Shown here: piece after piece, positions 38,858 to 48,718 of the stretch
How positions within the stretch are numbered: the first letter of the stretch is position 1
Layout: the number at the start of each line of letters is the position of its first letter
Assembly (NCBI GenBank): GCA_963696295.1
Contig: CAVOJR010000001.1
Location: 2,208,001-2,272,000, forward strand
Origin: an uncultured Chlamydiae bacterium
Lineage (GTDB): Bacteria > Chlamydiota > Chlamydiia > Chlamydiales > JAJFMB01
Reading direction: 5' to 3'
Length of the DNA stretch: 64,000 nucleotides
Made by a program: the position numbers and the translations under genes
The notes under the pieces: model-generated
What the model was told of the DNA's origin: nothing
What the model saw: the letters and a program-made list of their open reading frames with translations, nothing else
The model's database searches: none

Positions 38858-40626
38858 GGTTAAAGACTGCCGAAATCCGTTTGAAAGGCACCCCCATCAG
38901 CCAGGGGGTGGCTATTGGAAGGCCCTACCGCTATGCGCGCACCGAGAAAGCCATTTCTGAAGTTTTGCTTCATGATCATGAGGTGGAGCCGGAAATCGAA
39001 CGCTACCGCCTCGCCATCCATTGCAGCCGGATCGAAATACAAACGCTGCAGCAGCAGCTGGAGATGGAAGATGCGGCTGAAGGCGCGGCCATTTTGGGCG
39101 CCCATTTGCAGATGATGGGGGATCATTTTCTGACCATTCAAGTGGAAGAGGAGATCAAGAGCTCACGAAAGAACGCCGAGTATATTTTTTCCCAGGTAAT
39201 TCTTAATTTTCAAAAAAAGTTTGAATCGCTGGCCGATCCCTTTTTCCGGGAAAGATTTAAGGATGTGCAGGATATTTCCCGCCGCATTTTAGGCTTCTTG
39301 AACGCGGGACCAAGAGATAATCTCAGCAAGGTGCCTCCCAACTCGGTGGTGATAACCAGGGAGCTGATCGCTTCCGACGTGGCCGAAGCAAATGGCGTCG
39401 CCGCTTTTTTAAGCGAGATGGGCGGGGTCACTTCCCATGCCGCCATTGTGGCGAAAGCCAAAGGGATCCCTTATGTTTCCAATGTGGACGTCTCTTCCAT
39501 CGATTTTACTCAAGTGACGTCTATCGTCGTGGACGGGAGGACCGGCGATGTTTTTCTCAACCCTTCCGAAGAGACCATCAAAAAATACCGCTCCATCGAT
39601 GAAAAAATTCAAGGGCATGTCAAGGGGCTGGAGTCCACGGCGCCTTTTCCCGCCGAGACTATCGACGGGTATCAGGTCACCTTATCGGCCAATATGGAGA
39701 TGATGAGCGAGCTCGATATGCTCCACCAGCATAGCAATAGCGGCGTCGGCCTCTTCCGCTCCGAGTATCTCTTCCTCTCCCAAAACGATTTTCCCCCCGA
39801 AGAGGATCAGTTTGAGATTTACCGGGCGATTGTCGAGAAGCTGCAGGGGCTGCCAATTGTGATCCGCACCTTTGATGTGGGCGGAGACAAGTGTCTGCCC
39901 GGCTATAAGATGCCCCTTGAGGAAAACCCCTTCCTCGGCTGCCGCGCGATCCGTTTTTTGCTGCGCGAACTGGATATTTTCAAAGCGCAGTTAAGGGCGA
40001 TATTGCGCGCGAGCGCCTTTGGCCGGGTGAGTTTGATGTTTCCCATGGTTTCTACCCTGACGGAGCTTTTGGATGCCAAAAAAGTCGTGAAAGAGGTGAT
40101 GGCGGAATTGAAGGAAAAGAAAATCTCCTTCGACGAGGAGATTCGAATCGGGTGCATGATCGAGGTCCCCTCAGCCGCCTTGATAGCCGATCTTTTGGCC
40201 AAAGAGTGCGATTTCCTCTCCATCGGCACGAACGATCTCGTGCAGTATTCGCTCGCCGTCGATCGCAGCAACCACGCCATGAGCGGTCTCTATACCCCGG
40301 CGCACCCCAGCGTCATCCGCCTGATCCGCCTCGTGGTGAGCGAAGCGAATCATCGGGGCATCCCCGTGACCGTCTGCGGCGAGGTGGCTGCCGATCCCCG
40401 CTTCACCCCTCTTTTGCTCGGGCTTGGAGTGAATGAGCTGTCAGTGACTTTGCGTTATTTGCCGATCATCAAGAACGTGATCCGGCACACGAGTATTGTG
40501 GAAGCGAGCCAGCTCGCCGAAAAGGTGCTCGGGATGTCCACGCCGCAAGAGATAGAGCAGTGTCTGACCGATGAGTACCACCGCCTTTTCCCTGAAGACC
40601 ACCTTCTGTCGCCAACTCTTTCCTGA
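38854..40626 (+). CDS. ptsI: PTS enzyme I
   Basis: GGVTSHAAI, GLFRSE, RTFDVGGDK, SIGTNDL.QY. Confidence 0.96.
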   Translation: MRLKTAEIRLKGTPISQGVAIGRPYRYARTEKAISEVLLHDHEVEPEIERYRLAIHCSRIEIQTLQQQLEMEDAAEGAAILGAHLQMMGDHFLTIQVEEEIKSSRKNAEYIFSQVILNFQKKFESLADPFFRERFKDVQDISRRILGFLNAGPRDNLSKVPPNSVVITRELIASDVAEANGVAAFLSEMGGVTSHAAIVAKAKGIPYVSNVDVSSIDFTQVTSIVVDGRTGDVFLNPSEETIKKYRSIDEKIQGHVKGLESTAPFPAETIDGYQVTLSANMEMMSELDMLHQHSNSGVGLFRSEYLFLSQNDFPPEEDQFEIYRAIVEKLQGLPIVIRTFDVGGDKCLPGYKMPLEENPFLGCRAIRFLLRELDIFKAQLRAILRASAFGRVSLMFPMVSTLTELLDAKKVVKEVMAELKEKKISFDEEIRIGCMIEVPSAALIADLLAKECDFLSIGTNDLVQYSLAVDRSNHAMSGLYTPAHPSVIRLIRLVVSEANHRGIPVTVCGEVAADPRFTPLLLGLGVNELSVTLRYLPIIKNVIRHTSIVEASQLAEKVLGMSTPQEIEQCLTDEYHRLFPEDHLLSPTLS

Positions 40627-40748
40627 CTTTTTTAAAGAATATATATATTTAATATTAAGATTATGTAAATAAACATTATTTGCTTGATCGGTTTTTGTTT
40701 ATATAGTAAACTTGTGCATTTCTTAACGTTTAATTAAGGGGTGTTGCG

Positions 40749-43700
40749 ATGAGTTCGGTAGATACAGTAAAGAATTTTTTGGGCGACTGCTTAAAGCAAT
40801 TAGGGACCTTCTTATTTACGACCTGGCAAGGCCGGTTGATTCTGGGGGGTGCAGGCCTCTATTTGCTCAAAGATAGAATTAGCTCCTTGTTTAAGAGTAC
40901 CATAGGCGACAAAAATCCGAACACCCCCGGTTCTTCTTTTGAAAGCGGCGGCCTAAAAGTCAACGTCACCTCATCGATCAACCCTTCGGACCCCAATGAA
41001 ACTTATGTCCGGGTTACGGTCGACCCGCAAACGGACACGGCAAAAAAAGTGGCTGCAAAGGCCGAATTTTATATCCTCGGCGATGAAAGCGGCTCTATGT
41101 TTACTAGTGCGGATATGAAATCAAAGAGAGGTTCCTTAATTCATCGAATGGCTTCTGTTCTGGAAGGGATCAAAGAACTAGTGAAGTTTGGCTTCGACCA
41201 TCCTTCCTGCGATTTCAAGGTCTCCTTTTGCACTTTTGACACCGCCTTCAAAGAGCGGTTTACGCAAATCAAATCAAGCGATGTGACAAAACCCAGTCCA
41301 GGCGGCAACTTGGATGGCATAAACTTCTCTCAAGGGGGCACCGATATCAAGCAGGCTCTTGTAGGGATGACCAACTATATTAAAACGCTTCCTGACGACA
41401 GCCAAACCCCAAGGGTACTGATTGTTTTAACCGACGGTGAAGATATTAGTTTTCTCAACTCCAGTCAGTATAATTTAAATCAGACTGATCCCCTCATTGA
41501 ATTCCAGACTGTTTGTAAACAAAAAAACATGAGTGTGGTGGCCGTCGGCATGAGCAACAGTCACGACAGAAATGTTTTAAAGAAAATCATCACCGAAAGC
41601 CAAGATGCAAACGGCCGCCCCGTCTTTCTGCCAAACAGCCGCTACTACTTTATTGACGGCAATCCCGTTGTGGAAGGCTCTTCCGACCATAATGAAGGAA
41701 AGCGCACATTCCCTCAGCTTGTGGAAGAGGTTTGCAGCGCCATTGCCTCCAAAACGCATGATGATATGTCGATTTCTTTGGGTTGCGACTCGAGCATTAT
41801 TGGAAGCGATAAGATCAAAAAGGCAAACAAGCTCTATCGATTGGGCGAGCTGGCGAATGCCCAGGTTGAGATTATCTTAAAAGTAAAAACAGACAGTAAA
41901 CCCTGCGAAATTAACTTTAAGGCGACGCCGCTCGATGGATCGCAGCCTGTCGATATAAAACTTAGCCATCCTTTAAACACGAAGGTCAATAACGAGGTCT
42001 TTAGCAAAGTTATCGTCGATGAGTTGAAAAGAGCTTTGTCTGACGCCTGCGACACCTATAATTATCAAAAAGCCGATACCTTTGAGCCAAGCAGAAAGAT
42101 TATACAGAACGCTTTGGCCCGCAGCGCTGTCTTGAATCCTAAACCCCAGGAAATCATCAGTCTTGAAGAGAAGCTGCGCAAAGTGCTCGCTGCCATCAAC
42201 AGCGGCCAGCAAATTGATGACGCCACCGGAAGAGCGGTCCTCAGCATTCAAACAAGACTACCCACCTTGTCCTCGGGGAGCTCGGACCCTTCCAAAACGG
42301 GTTCATCAGGCGTCACGCGGCAATTAACGGCTAATAACGCCTATTCGGCTGCCGGCGCTAATAGGCCTAACACCGTTTTAGGAACGATTCAAAAGACTAT
42401 CAAAGATATTTACGAAGGGATCAGGTTGAGCGTGGCGGCAAAGATCAATCGCGGGCAGATGATCATCAATCCGGAAGCGGCTAAACTTCACGGTCTCGCC
42501 TTTCCTCTTGGGTATGATATCCTGGGATTGGAATCGGGAACCATCTTATCGATACCGCCGGGAAACACCAATAACGATGGCTCTATTAATGCCGAGTTTA
42601 TCGGAGACAGTGAAATTGCCGCCTTTTGCGCAAGGCATAAGCTGCACTTTAAATTGGTTATGCAACCCGAATGTCAGATCAATTTGGATCTGGCCACCAA
42701 AAAAGCGCTGCTCATTCCGGATGACGCCACCCATTTTCAATGGATCGATCCATCCGCCCTGGAACCGGTATTTGATGACGATTGCGATCCAGGTCTGAAA
42801 TGGAAAAAGGATGACGAATTTGATGACAAGGCTCCCAAGAGGAATAAGCTGGATGAGCTGATGGCCAAAGAACTCAGCCCCATCGCCTGCAACCTGCTTA
42901 ACGTTGGCGGCTTTATTTACCATTCCGGGCACCATTTTGTCGATAGAGGGCAAAATGTTCCTCCGCCGCCGGTGGAAAAGCGGAATTTTTGTTTTGCCAA
43001 TGGAATCTGGGAGGATGCGGTCACGAAACAGCGGTATTACGAGGACTCTCCCGAAGCTGATAAGATGAAGCGGGTCACCTCGCAAATCCGGGTCGTGAAC
43101 AGTCCCTTTAAAGCCCTGCCGAACCAGGTGCTTCCTCTCGGCAAGCCAGCTTCAGTGCCGGCTGCGGTTCATGATACCTTAAAAGAGTGGACAAGCCATC
43201 TGGAAGAGTGTCCCTATATGTCCGAAGTGACGATACCCGATCTTCGGGCTAAGGGATTGAAGTATTTTAAATGGTTGAATCCGGGCGATCCTTTAATCAA
43301 ACAAACGAAAGAGCATTTATATCAAACCTGTCAGACTACCGAAAGAGTAAATTATGCCCCTAATGGCGGATGGGGAAATTACGGAGTTTATGTTTATTAT
43401 TCCGACGATCCTACCAAATCGTGCATGTCCCCGGTTGTTTCCTTGAGCGAAGCCGTGCGCAACCTTAAAGGAAAATATTTCAGCTGTGAAATTGATCCTG
43501 TTTCGCAAACGGCTCATGAGAGTCTTATTTCCGATACGTGCGTTGTTTGTTATGACAAACCCCCGGCCTTCAAATTTGACAGCTGCGACCACCCCCCAAA
43601 AAAGGACGACGACGGGAACATTATCAAAGGGTCTGGCAAAGCGATTGTGTGTGGAGACTGTTTGCCGCATATTATCCAGGGGCAGAGGGTAGAAGATCCC

Positions 43701-44465
43701 TATAGTCATGGCGTTTCCTATCTCAATGCCTGCCAATGTCCGGAATGCCGCACAACGTTTAATAATGCCGTTCCTGCGGCAGCAAATAGTACCGATGTCG
43801 TGGCTGAGATTGGAAAAAATCACAAAAACATCCCCTTTAGCCTTGGCAAAATTGATATTGATTATGGCGTATCGGACTGGCTGACGCGCGGATTGCTGCA
43901 AAATCCGACCTTTTTATCTAAAAAGTATCCGATAAACGATAAGATCAGGAACAAATTCAACTTACCGGCTTCTTGTCAGGAGTGGGCCTTTGTTTATCCT
44001 GTCTACGGCAAGCAGCTTTCAGATGCCTTTTCGGAGGTCATTATGGCCCATGAGATTATCAGCCGCTTGAACGCTGATGCCGATAATGAGGAAGAGGCGA
44101 ACCTCATGGCCGGCCTGTTTACGATCGGGGGCTTTGCCTTCTTCGATACAAAGGGAACCGTGCAATCCGCCTATTCCTTCCTGGGAGATAAAAAGGTTTC
44201 CAATAGCATCACGGTCAATGCCGAATTGAGTACAAACACGGCTAAAAAGGGTGCCATTGACGCGGCCTACACCAAGCTGCTTGAAACGCAAAAGAAGGAT
44301 GAAATTAAGCAGGGAGATCAGCCGGATATCGGCAGGATCACTTTGGGGCTGTTTTTCCCCTTTGCCGAGTACTTCCAGTTTGCCGGCGACAGCTTCAGCT
44401 ATCGCTCGCATGATGGAACGGGCAACGCCTTCTTTAGCTATCGCTTAACTGACCTGATCAGCTAA
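40749..44465 (+). CDS. Large vWA-domain protein with a RING-like zinc finger
   Basis: MIDAS DESGSM...GGTD...LTDGED; CVVC-x10-CDH...CGDC...CPECR near the C-terminus. Confidence 0.75.
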   Translation: MSSVDTVKNFLGDCLKQLGTFLFTTWQGRLILGGAGLYLLKDRISSLFKSTIGDKNPNTPGSSFESGGLKVNVTSSINPSDPNETYVRVTVDPQTDTAKKVAAKAEFYILGDESGSMFTSADMKSKRGSLIHRMASVLEGIKELVKFGFDHPSCDFKVSFCTFDTAFKERFTQIKSSDVTKPSPGGNLDGINFSQGGTDIKQALVGMTNYIKTLPDDSQTPRVLIVLTDGEDISFLNSSQYNLNQTDPLIEFQTVCKQKNMSVVAVGMSNSHDRNVLKKIITESQDANGRPVFLPNSRYYFIDGNPVVEGSSDHNEGKRTFPQLVEEVCSAIASKTHDDMSISLGCDSSIIGSDKIKKANKLYRLGELANAQVEIILKVKTDSKPCEINFKATPLDGSQPVDIKLSHPLNTKVNNEVFSKVIVDELKRALSDACDTYNYQKADTFEPSRKIIQNALARSAVLNPKPQEIISLEEKLRKVLAAINSGQQIDDATGRAVLSIQTRLPTLSSGSSDPSKTGSSGVTRQLTANNAYSAAGANRPNTVLGTIQKTIKDIYEGIRLSVAAKINRGQMIINPEAAKLHGLAFPLGYDILGLESGTILSIPPGNTNNDGSINAEFIGDSEIAAFCARHKLHFKLVMQPECQINLDLATKKALLIPDDATHFQWIDPSALEPVFDDDCDPGLKWKKDDEFDDKAPKRNKLDELMAKELSPIACNLLNVGGFIYHSGHHFVDRGQNVPPPPVEKRNFCFANGIWEDAVTKQRYYEDSPEADKMKRVTSQIRVVNSPFKALPNQVLPLGKPASVPAAVHDTLKEWTSHLEECPYMSEVTIPDLRAKGLKYFKWLNPGDPLIKQTKEHLYQTCQTTERVNYAPNGGWGNYGVYVYYSDDPTKSCMSPVVSLSEAVRNLKGKYFSCEIDPVSQTAHESLISDTCVVCYDKPPAFKFDSCDHPPKKDDDGNIIKGSGKAIVCGDCLPHIIQGQRVEDPYSHGVSYLNACQCPECRTTFNNAVPAAANSTDVVAEIGKNHKNIPFSLGKIDIDYGVSDWLTRGLLQNPTFLSKKYPINDKIRNKFNLPASCQEWAFVYPVYGKQLSDAFSEVIMAHEIISRLNADADNEEEANLMAGLFTIGGFAFFDTKGTVQSAYSFLGDKKVSNSITVNAELSTNTAKKGAIDAAYTKLLETQKKDEIKQGDQPDIGRITLGLFFPFAEYFQFAGDSFSYRSHDGTGNAFFSYRLTDLIS

Positions 44466-44474
44466 AGTGATTAT

Positions 44475-44500
44475 GGGCCGGGTAAAATGCCCGGCCTTCT
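44475..44500 (+). terminator. Probable intrinsic terminator after the vWA gene
   Basis: GGCCGGGTA-AAA-TGCCCGGCC then TTCT. Confidence 0.55.
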
Positions 44501-44844
44501 CTATAACAGGGAAAAAAAATGTTTCTGCCCGCTCTCAAAATATTGCTCCCTTTTCGAGGCGTTACCCTTTCAAAATGACACTTACCCTTTGGGCTGACTG
44601 CCTCTTTTAAAGTGGCCGGAGCCAAACTAAAATTATAACAAATGCCGTCTAGTATAAAGAGAGGGCCATGGAAGAGGCCGGAGAACTCGAAAACGCCTAT
44701 AATATCCGGCTGCGAAGCGTGAGTTTCAAGCGGCTAAAATAGCGGATTTGCTGCTTCAATTGGAATACGACAGGCTCTAATCCGAGCTTTTCGAAAAATT
44801 ATAACGGGTAGCCGAGAAAATCACCCTTCCCGTCTACCCATAAC

Positions 44845-45417
44845 TTAAGAGGCTGAAGGGGTATCTTCTCCTTCTCGAAGTTTTAATCCTTCAAATGATT
44901 TGGATAGATCCTCAATCACAGGCATTACTTTCTTAGTGATTTTAGCCGTTATTTTTTTTCCTGTTGCTGCGCTTGGGTCAAATACAATGTTCATTTTGTA
45001 GGTGTTATTCATGTATTCAGGAGTGCCCGATTTTGCTTCCGACCATGTTGGAGATTCTGGTTTTTCGAGCTCAACAGGGTGCTTTCCGGTTATTATTGGT
45101 TGATCACAACCCAACCATCCCAGCACAGAAACGGTCATATCTTTCCATTCGTCAGAGTATATAGGCACAGCTTTGAAGAGTTTATTACCATTATTTTTAA
45201 TATTAATGCCTAATTGTTGCTCCTCTTTGGGATCTTTTTTTGAATTAATAATTCCGCGAATTTCAGCTTTCTCACTGCCCTGAAAATGTGTGTTTTCATC
45301 TTCATCATCCCAATCTGTGTTTTTTACATGAATATCAACTGCTTTGAGATAGGCAATATTATCCATTAGATAGGGTCCTTGCCAATACATTTCTAACCGA
45401 ATCATTTGATCCTCCAT
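44845..45417 (-). CDS. Hypothetical protein (AT-rich)
   Basis: 190-aa ORF with no recognised motif. Confidence 0.6.
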   Translation of the reverse strand: MEDQMIRLEMYWQGPYLMDNIAYLKAVDIHVKNTDWDDEDENTHFQGSEKAEIRGIINSKKDPKEEQQLGINIKNNGNKLFKAVPIYSDEWKDMTVSVLGWLGCDQPIITGKHPVELEKPESPTWSEAKSGTPEYMNNTYKMNIVFDPSAATGKKITAKITKKVMPVIEDLSKSFEGLKLREGEDTPSAS

Positions 45418-45553
45418 TATAATTTATTTAAAAACGTTATAATTATATAATATCGCTTATTATAAAGCAAGGATAAATAGAATAAGTAACAAAGGGGCTT
45501 GGGAAGCTGAGCAGAGTGCTCGAAGCAACTGCGCTCAGCTTGATGACTGGGGT

Positions 45554-45868
45554 TTAAAACCCTAAGCCCGCGAACCCGGGGAATCCGCCGGTGGGCAGCC
45601 CTTGAGTGGCTTCTTTTTGCAGCTTGTTGTTGGCGTCTTCGTAGGCGGCCTTGATCAGGTCTTCGAGGCCTTCGATATCGTCCTTATCGACGCATTCGGG
45701 TTTAATCTTGATGCTGGCCATCTCGTTTTCCCCTTTCAGCGTGATGGTGACGAGGCCGTTGCCGGCTTGGCCGACCACTTCCATATCGCGCATTTTTTCT
45801 TGTAGCTGAGCGAATTGCTCTTGTATCATTTTAGCTTGCTTTTTCTTCTTTGCGAATCCAGATCCCAT
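45554..45868 (-). CDS. ybaB: YbaB/EbfC nucleoid-associated protein
   Basis: GQAGNGLVTITL.G, DIEGLEDLIKAA; follows dnaX. Confidence 0.92.
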   Translation of the reverse strand: MGSGFAKKKKQAKMIQEQFAQLQEKMRDMEVVGQAGNGLVTITLKGENEMASIKIKPECVDKDDIEGLEDLIKAAYEDANNKLQKEATQGLPTGGFPGFAGLGF

Positions 45869-45871
45869 ATT

Positions 45872-47425
45872 TTATCCTTTCTGTACAGTTCCCTCAAGTT
45901 CCACCGCGGCAAAGTGCATCAGAGTGTCGTAGCGGCTTTGTTGTTCCGCTGAAATCTTTGCGGCCGTTTTCTTGTCGGGAGAGGGTTTAATGCCCAGCTC
46001 CTCGGGGGTCGGCGTCGGGTCGACCGTGAGGGCGGGGGTTTCTTTCTTTTTAACTTTGGGGGGTGCCTTAACGGGCGCCTCAGGTGCTTTTACGGCTGCA
46101 GGCGGCTCAATGACCGCAGGCTGCGCCTTTGGCGCAATAATCGCCTGCGGCACTGGCATTGGGGCCTGTGCTTTTGGCGCAATGACTGCAGGCTGCGGCG
46201 CTGGCGCAGGCGCTGGCGTCTGTGCTTTTGGCGGGGCGGCAACCTCTTGGGCCGTCTCGGCGGGCTGTTTTCCGGCGATCTTGTCTTCCAGCTCCGTCAA
46301 GCTGCGGACCAATACCTCGATCGGCAGCCTCTGATGCACGCGCATCACATGGAGCAATATCGACTCGAGCGCGATCCGGGGGGAGGGCATAAAGCGCACT
46401 TTGTTCTGCTCTTCGACGAGGTATTCCAGCAAATTGAGGCACTGCTCTTTGGTGTACAGCTTGGCCGACTGGGCATACTTTTCCCGCTCATTTTCGGAGA
46501 GGAGGAGATAGTCGCCGTGCGGGCCGCTGAGCTTCACCAGGAGGAGGTTGCGGAAATGCTCTACCAGGCTCTCGATAAAGTGCAATAAATCCTTCCCTTG
46601 CGAAAAGACGAGGTGGGCCACTTCAAAGGCAAAGGCGAAGCGCCCCTCTTTTCCGGCGGCGTCGAGCTCAAACAAAATATCGCGCGCCACGATCCCCAGC
46701 ACCGAAGAGACGGTGTCCACAGTAATTTGTCCGTCGTGAAAGACGAGGATCTGGTCGAGCAGCGATTCGGCGTCGCGCAAGCCCCCGTCGGCGCATTTGG
46801 CGAGCAGATGGAGCGCTTCCTCTTCCGCGAGAACCCCTAAATCGGTGGCGATAGCGCGGAGCTTGTTTACGATGGCCTCGAGCGGGATGCGATTCAAATT
46901 GAAGCGCTGGCAGCGGCTGAGGATCGTCGGCAACACTTTGTGCGGCTCGGTCGTGGCAAAGAGAAATTTGACATTTGGCGGGGGCTCCTCCAAGGTTTTG
47001 AGCAGCGCGTTGAACGCCTCCTTAGTGAGCATATGCACTTCATCGATAATATAAATTTTGTAGCGGCCGGAGGAGGCGGCATACCCTACAGTGTCATTGA
47101 TCTGCCGGATATCGTCGATGCCGCGGTGGGAAGCTCCGTCGATCTCCAACACATCGAGCGACTGCCCCGAAGTGATCTCTTTACAGGAGCTGCAGGTGTT
47201 GCACGGCTCAAAATTTTCATTGAGATGGGCGCAGTTCAGCGCTTTGGCCAAAACGCGGGCGAGCGTCGTCTTGCCGGTGCCGCGCGATCCGCAGAAGAGG
47301 TAGGCATGCGCGAGCCGCTCCGACCGGAGCGCGTTCTTTAACGTCTGGACGATCGCTTCTTGACCCACTATTTCGGCAAACGACTGCGGGCGATATTTTC
47401 TGGCTATGACTTGATAGGTTGGCAT
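45872..47425 (-). CDS. dnaX: DNA polymerase III subunit gamma/tau
   Basis: ARKYRPQ.F, GSRGTGKTT, IIDEVHML, SRCQ; Pro/Ala-rich linker. Confidence 0.97.
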   Translation of the reverse strand: MPTYQVIARKYRPQSFAEIVGQEAIVQTLKNALRSERLAHAYLFCGSRGTGKTTLARVLAKALNCAHLNENFEPCNTCSSCKEITSGQSLDVLEIDGASHRGIDDIRQINDTVGYAASSGRYKIYIIDEVHMLTKEAFNALLKTLEEPPPNVKFLFATTEPHKVLPTILSRCQRFNLNRIPLEAIVNKLRAIATDLGVLAEEEALHLLAKCADGGLRDAESLLDQILVFHDGQITVDTVSSVLGIVARDILFELDAAGKEGRFAFAFEVAHLVFSQGKDLLHFIESLVEHFRNLLLVKLSGPHGDYLLLSENEREKYAQSAKLYTKEQCLNLLEYLVEEQNKVRFMPSPRIALESILLHVMRVHQRLPIEVLVRSLTELEDKIAGKQPAETAQEVAAPPKAQTPAPAPAPQPAVIAPKAQAPMPVPQAIIAPKAQPAVIEPPAAVKAPEAPVKAPPKVKKKETPALTVDPTPTPEELGIKPSPDKKTAAKISAEQQSRYDTLMHFAAVELEGTVQKG

Positions 47426-47504
47426 GCCTTTTAGTTTATAGAGGCGCCCAAATTTTTGGCTACTGGTTTCGCTATGTAAGGGGAATTGAATTCCCCAAAA
47501 GGGC

Positions 47505-47729
47505 TTATTCTTTCTTTTCTTCTGCTAAACGGGGATGGGGCATCCCTGCAGCCATCGTGTACAAGGCCAAAGTGACCATAATTTTAGCTGTTTCACTGGG
47601 TTCTCCTTTGGCATCCGTCACCTCTTTTTGAATAGACTGAGACGGCCCGGCTTCTCCCGCTCCCTTCGTTGTTTTATCATGATGAAAAATATTTGTAATG
47701 TGTTGTAATCCAGCTTTCATGGCATCCAT
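47505..47729 (-). CDS. Small hypothetical protein downstream of the TPR chaperone
   Basis: GGAGG SD; 74-aa ORF. Confidence 0.55.
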   Translation of the reverse strand: MDAMKAGLQHITNIFHHDKTTKGAGEAGPSQSIQKEVTDAKGEPSETAKIMVTLALYTMAAGMPHPRLAEEKKE

Positions 47730-47742
47730 CGCACACCTCCCT

Positions 47743-48471
47743 TTATTTTGACGTTAAAGATTTCAGATAGGTTCCCCACTTCTTTTCCAAAGAGGGATCT
47801 TTTGCGATTAGTTTCAAGGCTATATCGATCTCTTTTTCCGCCTCCGGTTTTTGATTCAAATTCAAATAGCACTCCGCAAGAGAGATCCTGGGGCCGGCCT
47901 TTGTCGGATCCATCTCACTGACCATAGTGAAAGTGTCTATAGCTCTTTGATACTGATGCAAATACTGGTAGCAAAGCCCCAAGGCATTCCATAAATCGGG
48001 GCTGAAGGGATTCAACGCCGTCGCTAGGGCGAAGACATCTGCAGCGTTTTTGAAATCCCCCCTATCAGCCGCCCCTTTGCCGACGGCATAGATAGAGCGG
48101 ATAGTCCCATCGCTCAAACCCAAAAACTCCTGGATAGAAAAAGATCTCTTCTCATGGAATGCTTCTATCAGCGCATCGGGCAGTTTTGACAGGGATTTCT
48201 CATTGATCTTAGCCAGATCCTTTTGAAACTCTTTGAGTTTATCGCCCTTCAACACCTCTCCCATCTCTGCATGGACAATGTCCAAGCCGCGCTGGAGGGT
48301 GTTGGCTAACTCTTTGTCCTTCAACATGTTCCTGATCTCTTCGAGGTGTCTCTTTTTCAATTGGTCGGCGCTTATGAGATTCGTCGCATGAGCCTGATAA
48401 TACTCGTCGCTCTCCAGCAGCGACACAGCTGCTTCCTCAAGCAAAGTCTTCTCTTTTTGATTTGTAACCAT
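47743..48471 (-). CDS. SycD/LcrH-like TPR type III secretion chaperone
   Basis: IQEFLGLSD..IRSIY..G.....GDFKNA..VF..A..LNP....W..LG.CYQ; GGAGG SD. Confidence 0.75.
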   Translation of the reverse strand: MVTNQKEKTLLEEAAVSLLESDEYYQAHATNLISADQLKKRHLEEIRNMLKDKELANTLQRGLDIVHAEMGEVLKGDKLKEFQKDLAKINEKSLSKLPDALIEAFHEKRSFSIQEFLGLSDGTIRSIYAVGKGAADRGDFKNAADVFALATALNPFSPDLWNALGLCYQYLHQYQRAIDTFTMVSEMDPTKAGPRISLAECYLNLNQKPEAEKEIDIALKLIAKDPSLEKKWGTYLKSLTSK

Positions 48472-48718
48472 AAAACACCTCCTTGCAGGTTTAATGTAAA
48501 TTATAAATAAAAATAAACAAGTAAGTCAAATTAATGTTATATGTTAATAATAAATTAATAAAATGCTGGTGGTTATGGTGCTCAAAAATTTTTAGTTGAT
48601 TGGAGAAAGAATATTGCCAAATAATGGCGTTCGGATGAGAATGGACTCAAGAATTTGTTGGAAAATATCTTCAAAAAGATCAAAATGTTACATTTTTGAT
48701 TCTGATCAGGTGGAATAA

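Noticed and set aside
44640..44782. Possible decayed gene fragment
   Set aside because: Short protein-like stretches in shifting frames with no recognisable family; too weak to call.
46040..46060. dnaX programmed -1 frameshift site
   Set aside because: The sequence is T-AAA-AAG, not the A-AAA-AAG heptamer.
46090..46245. PKAQ repeats in dnaX
   Set aside because: Ordinary low-complexity Pro/Ala linker.
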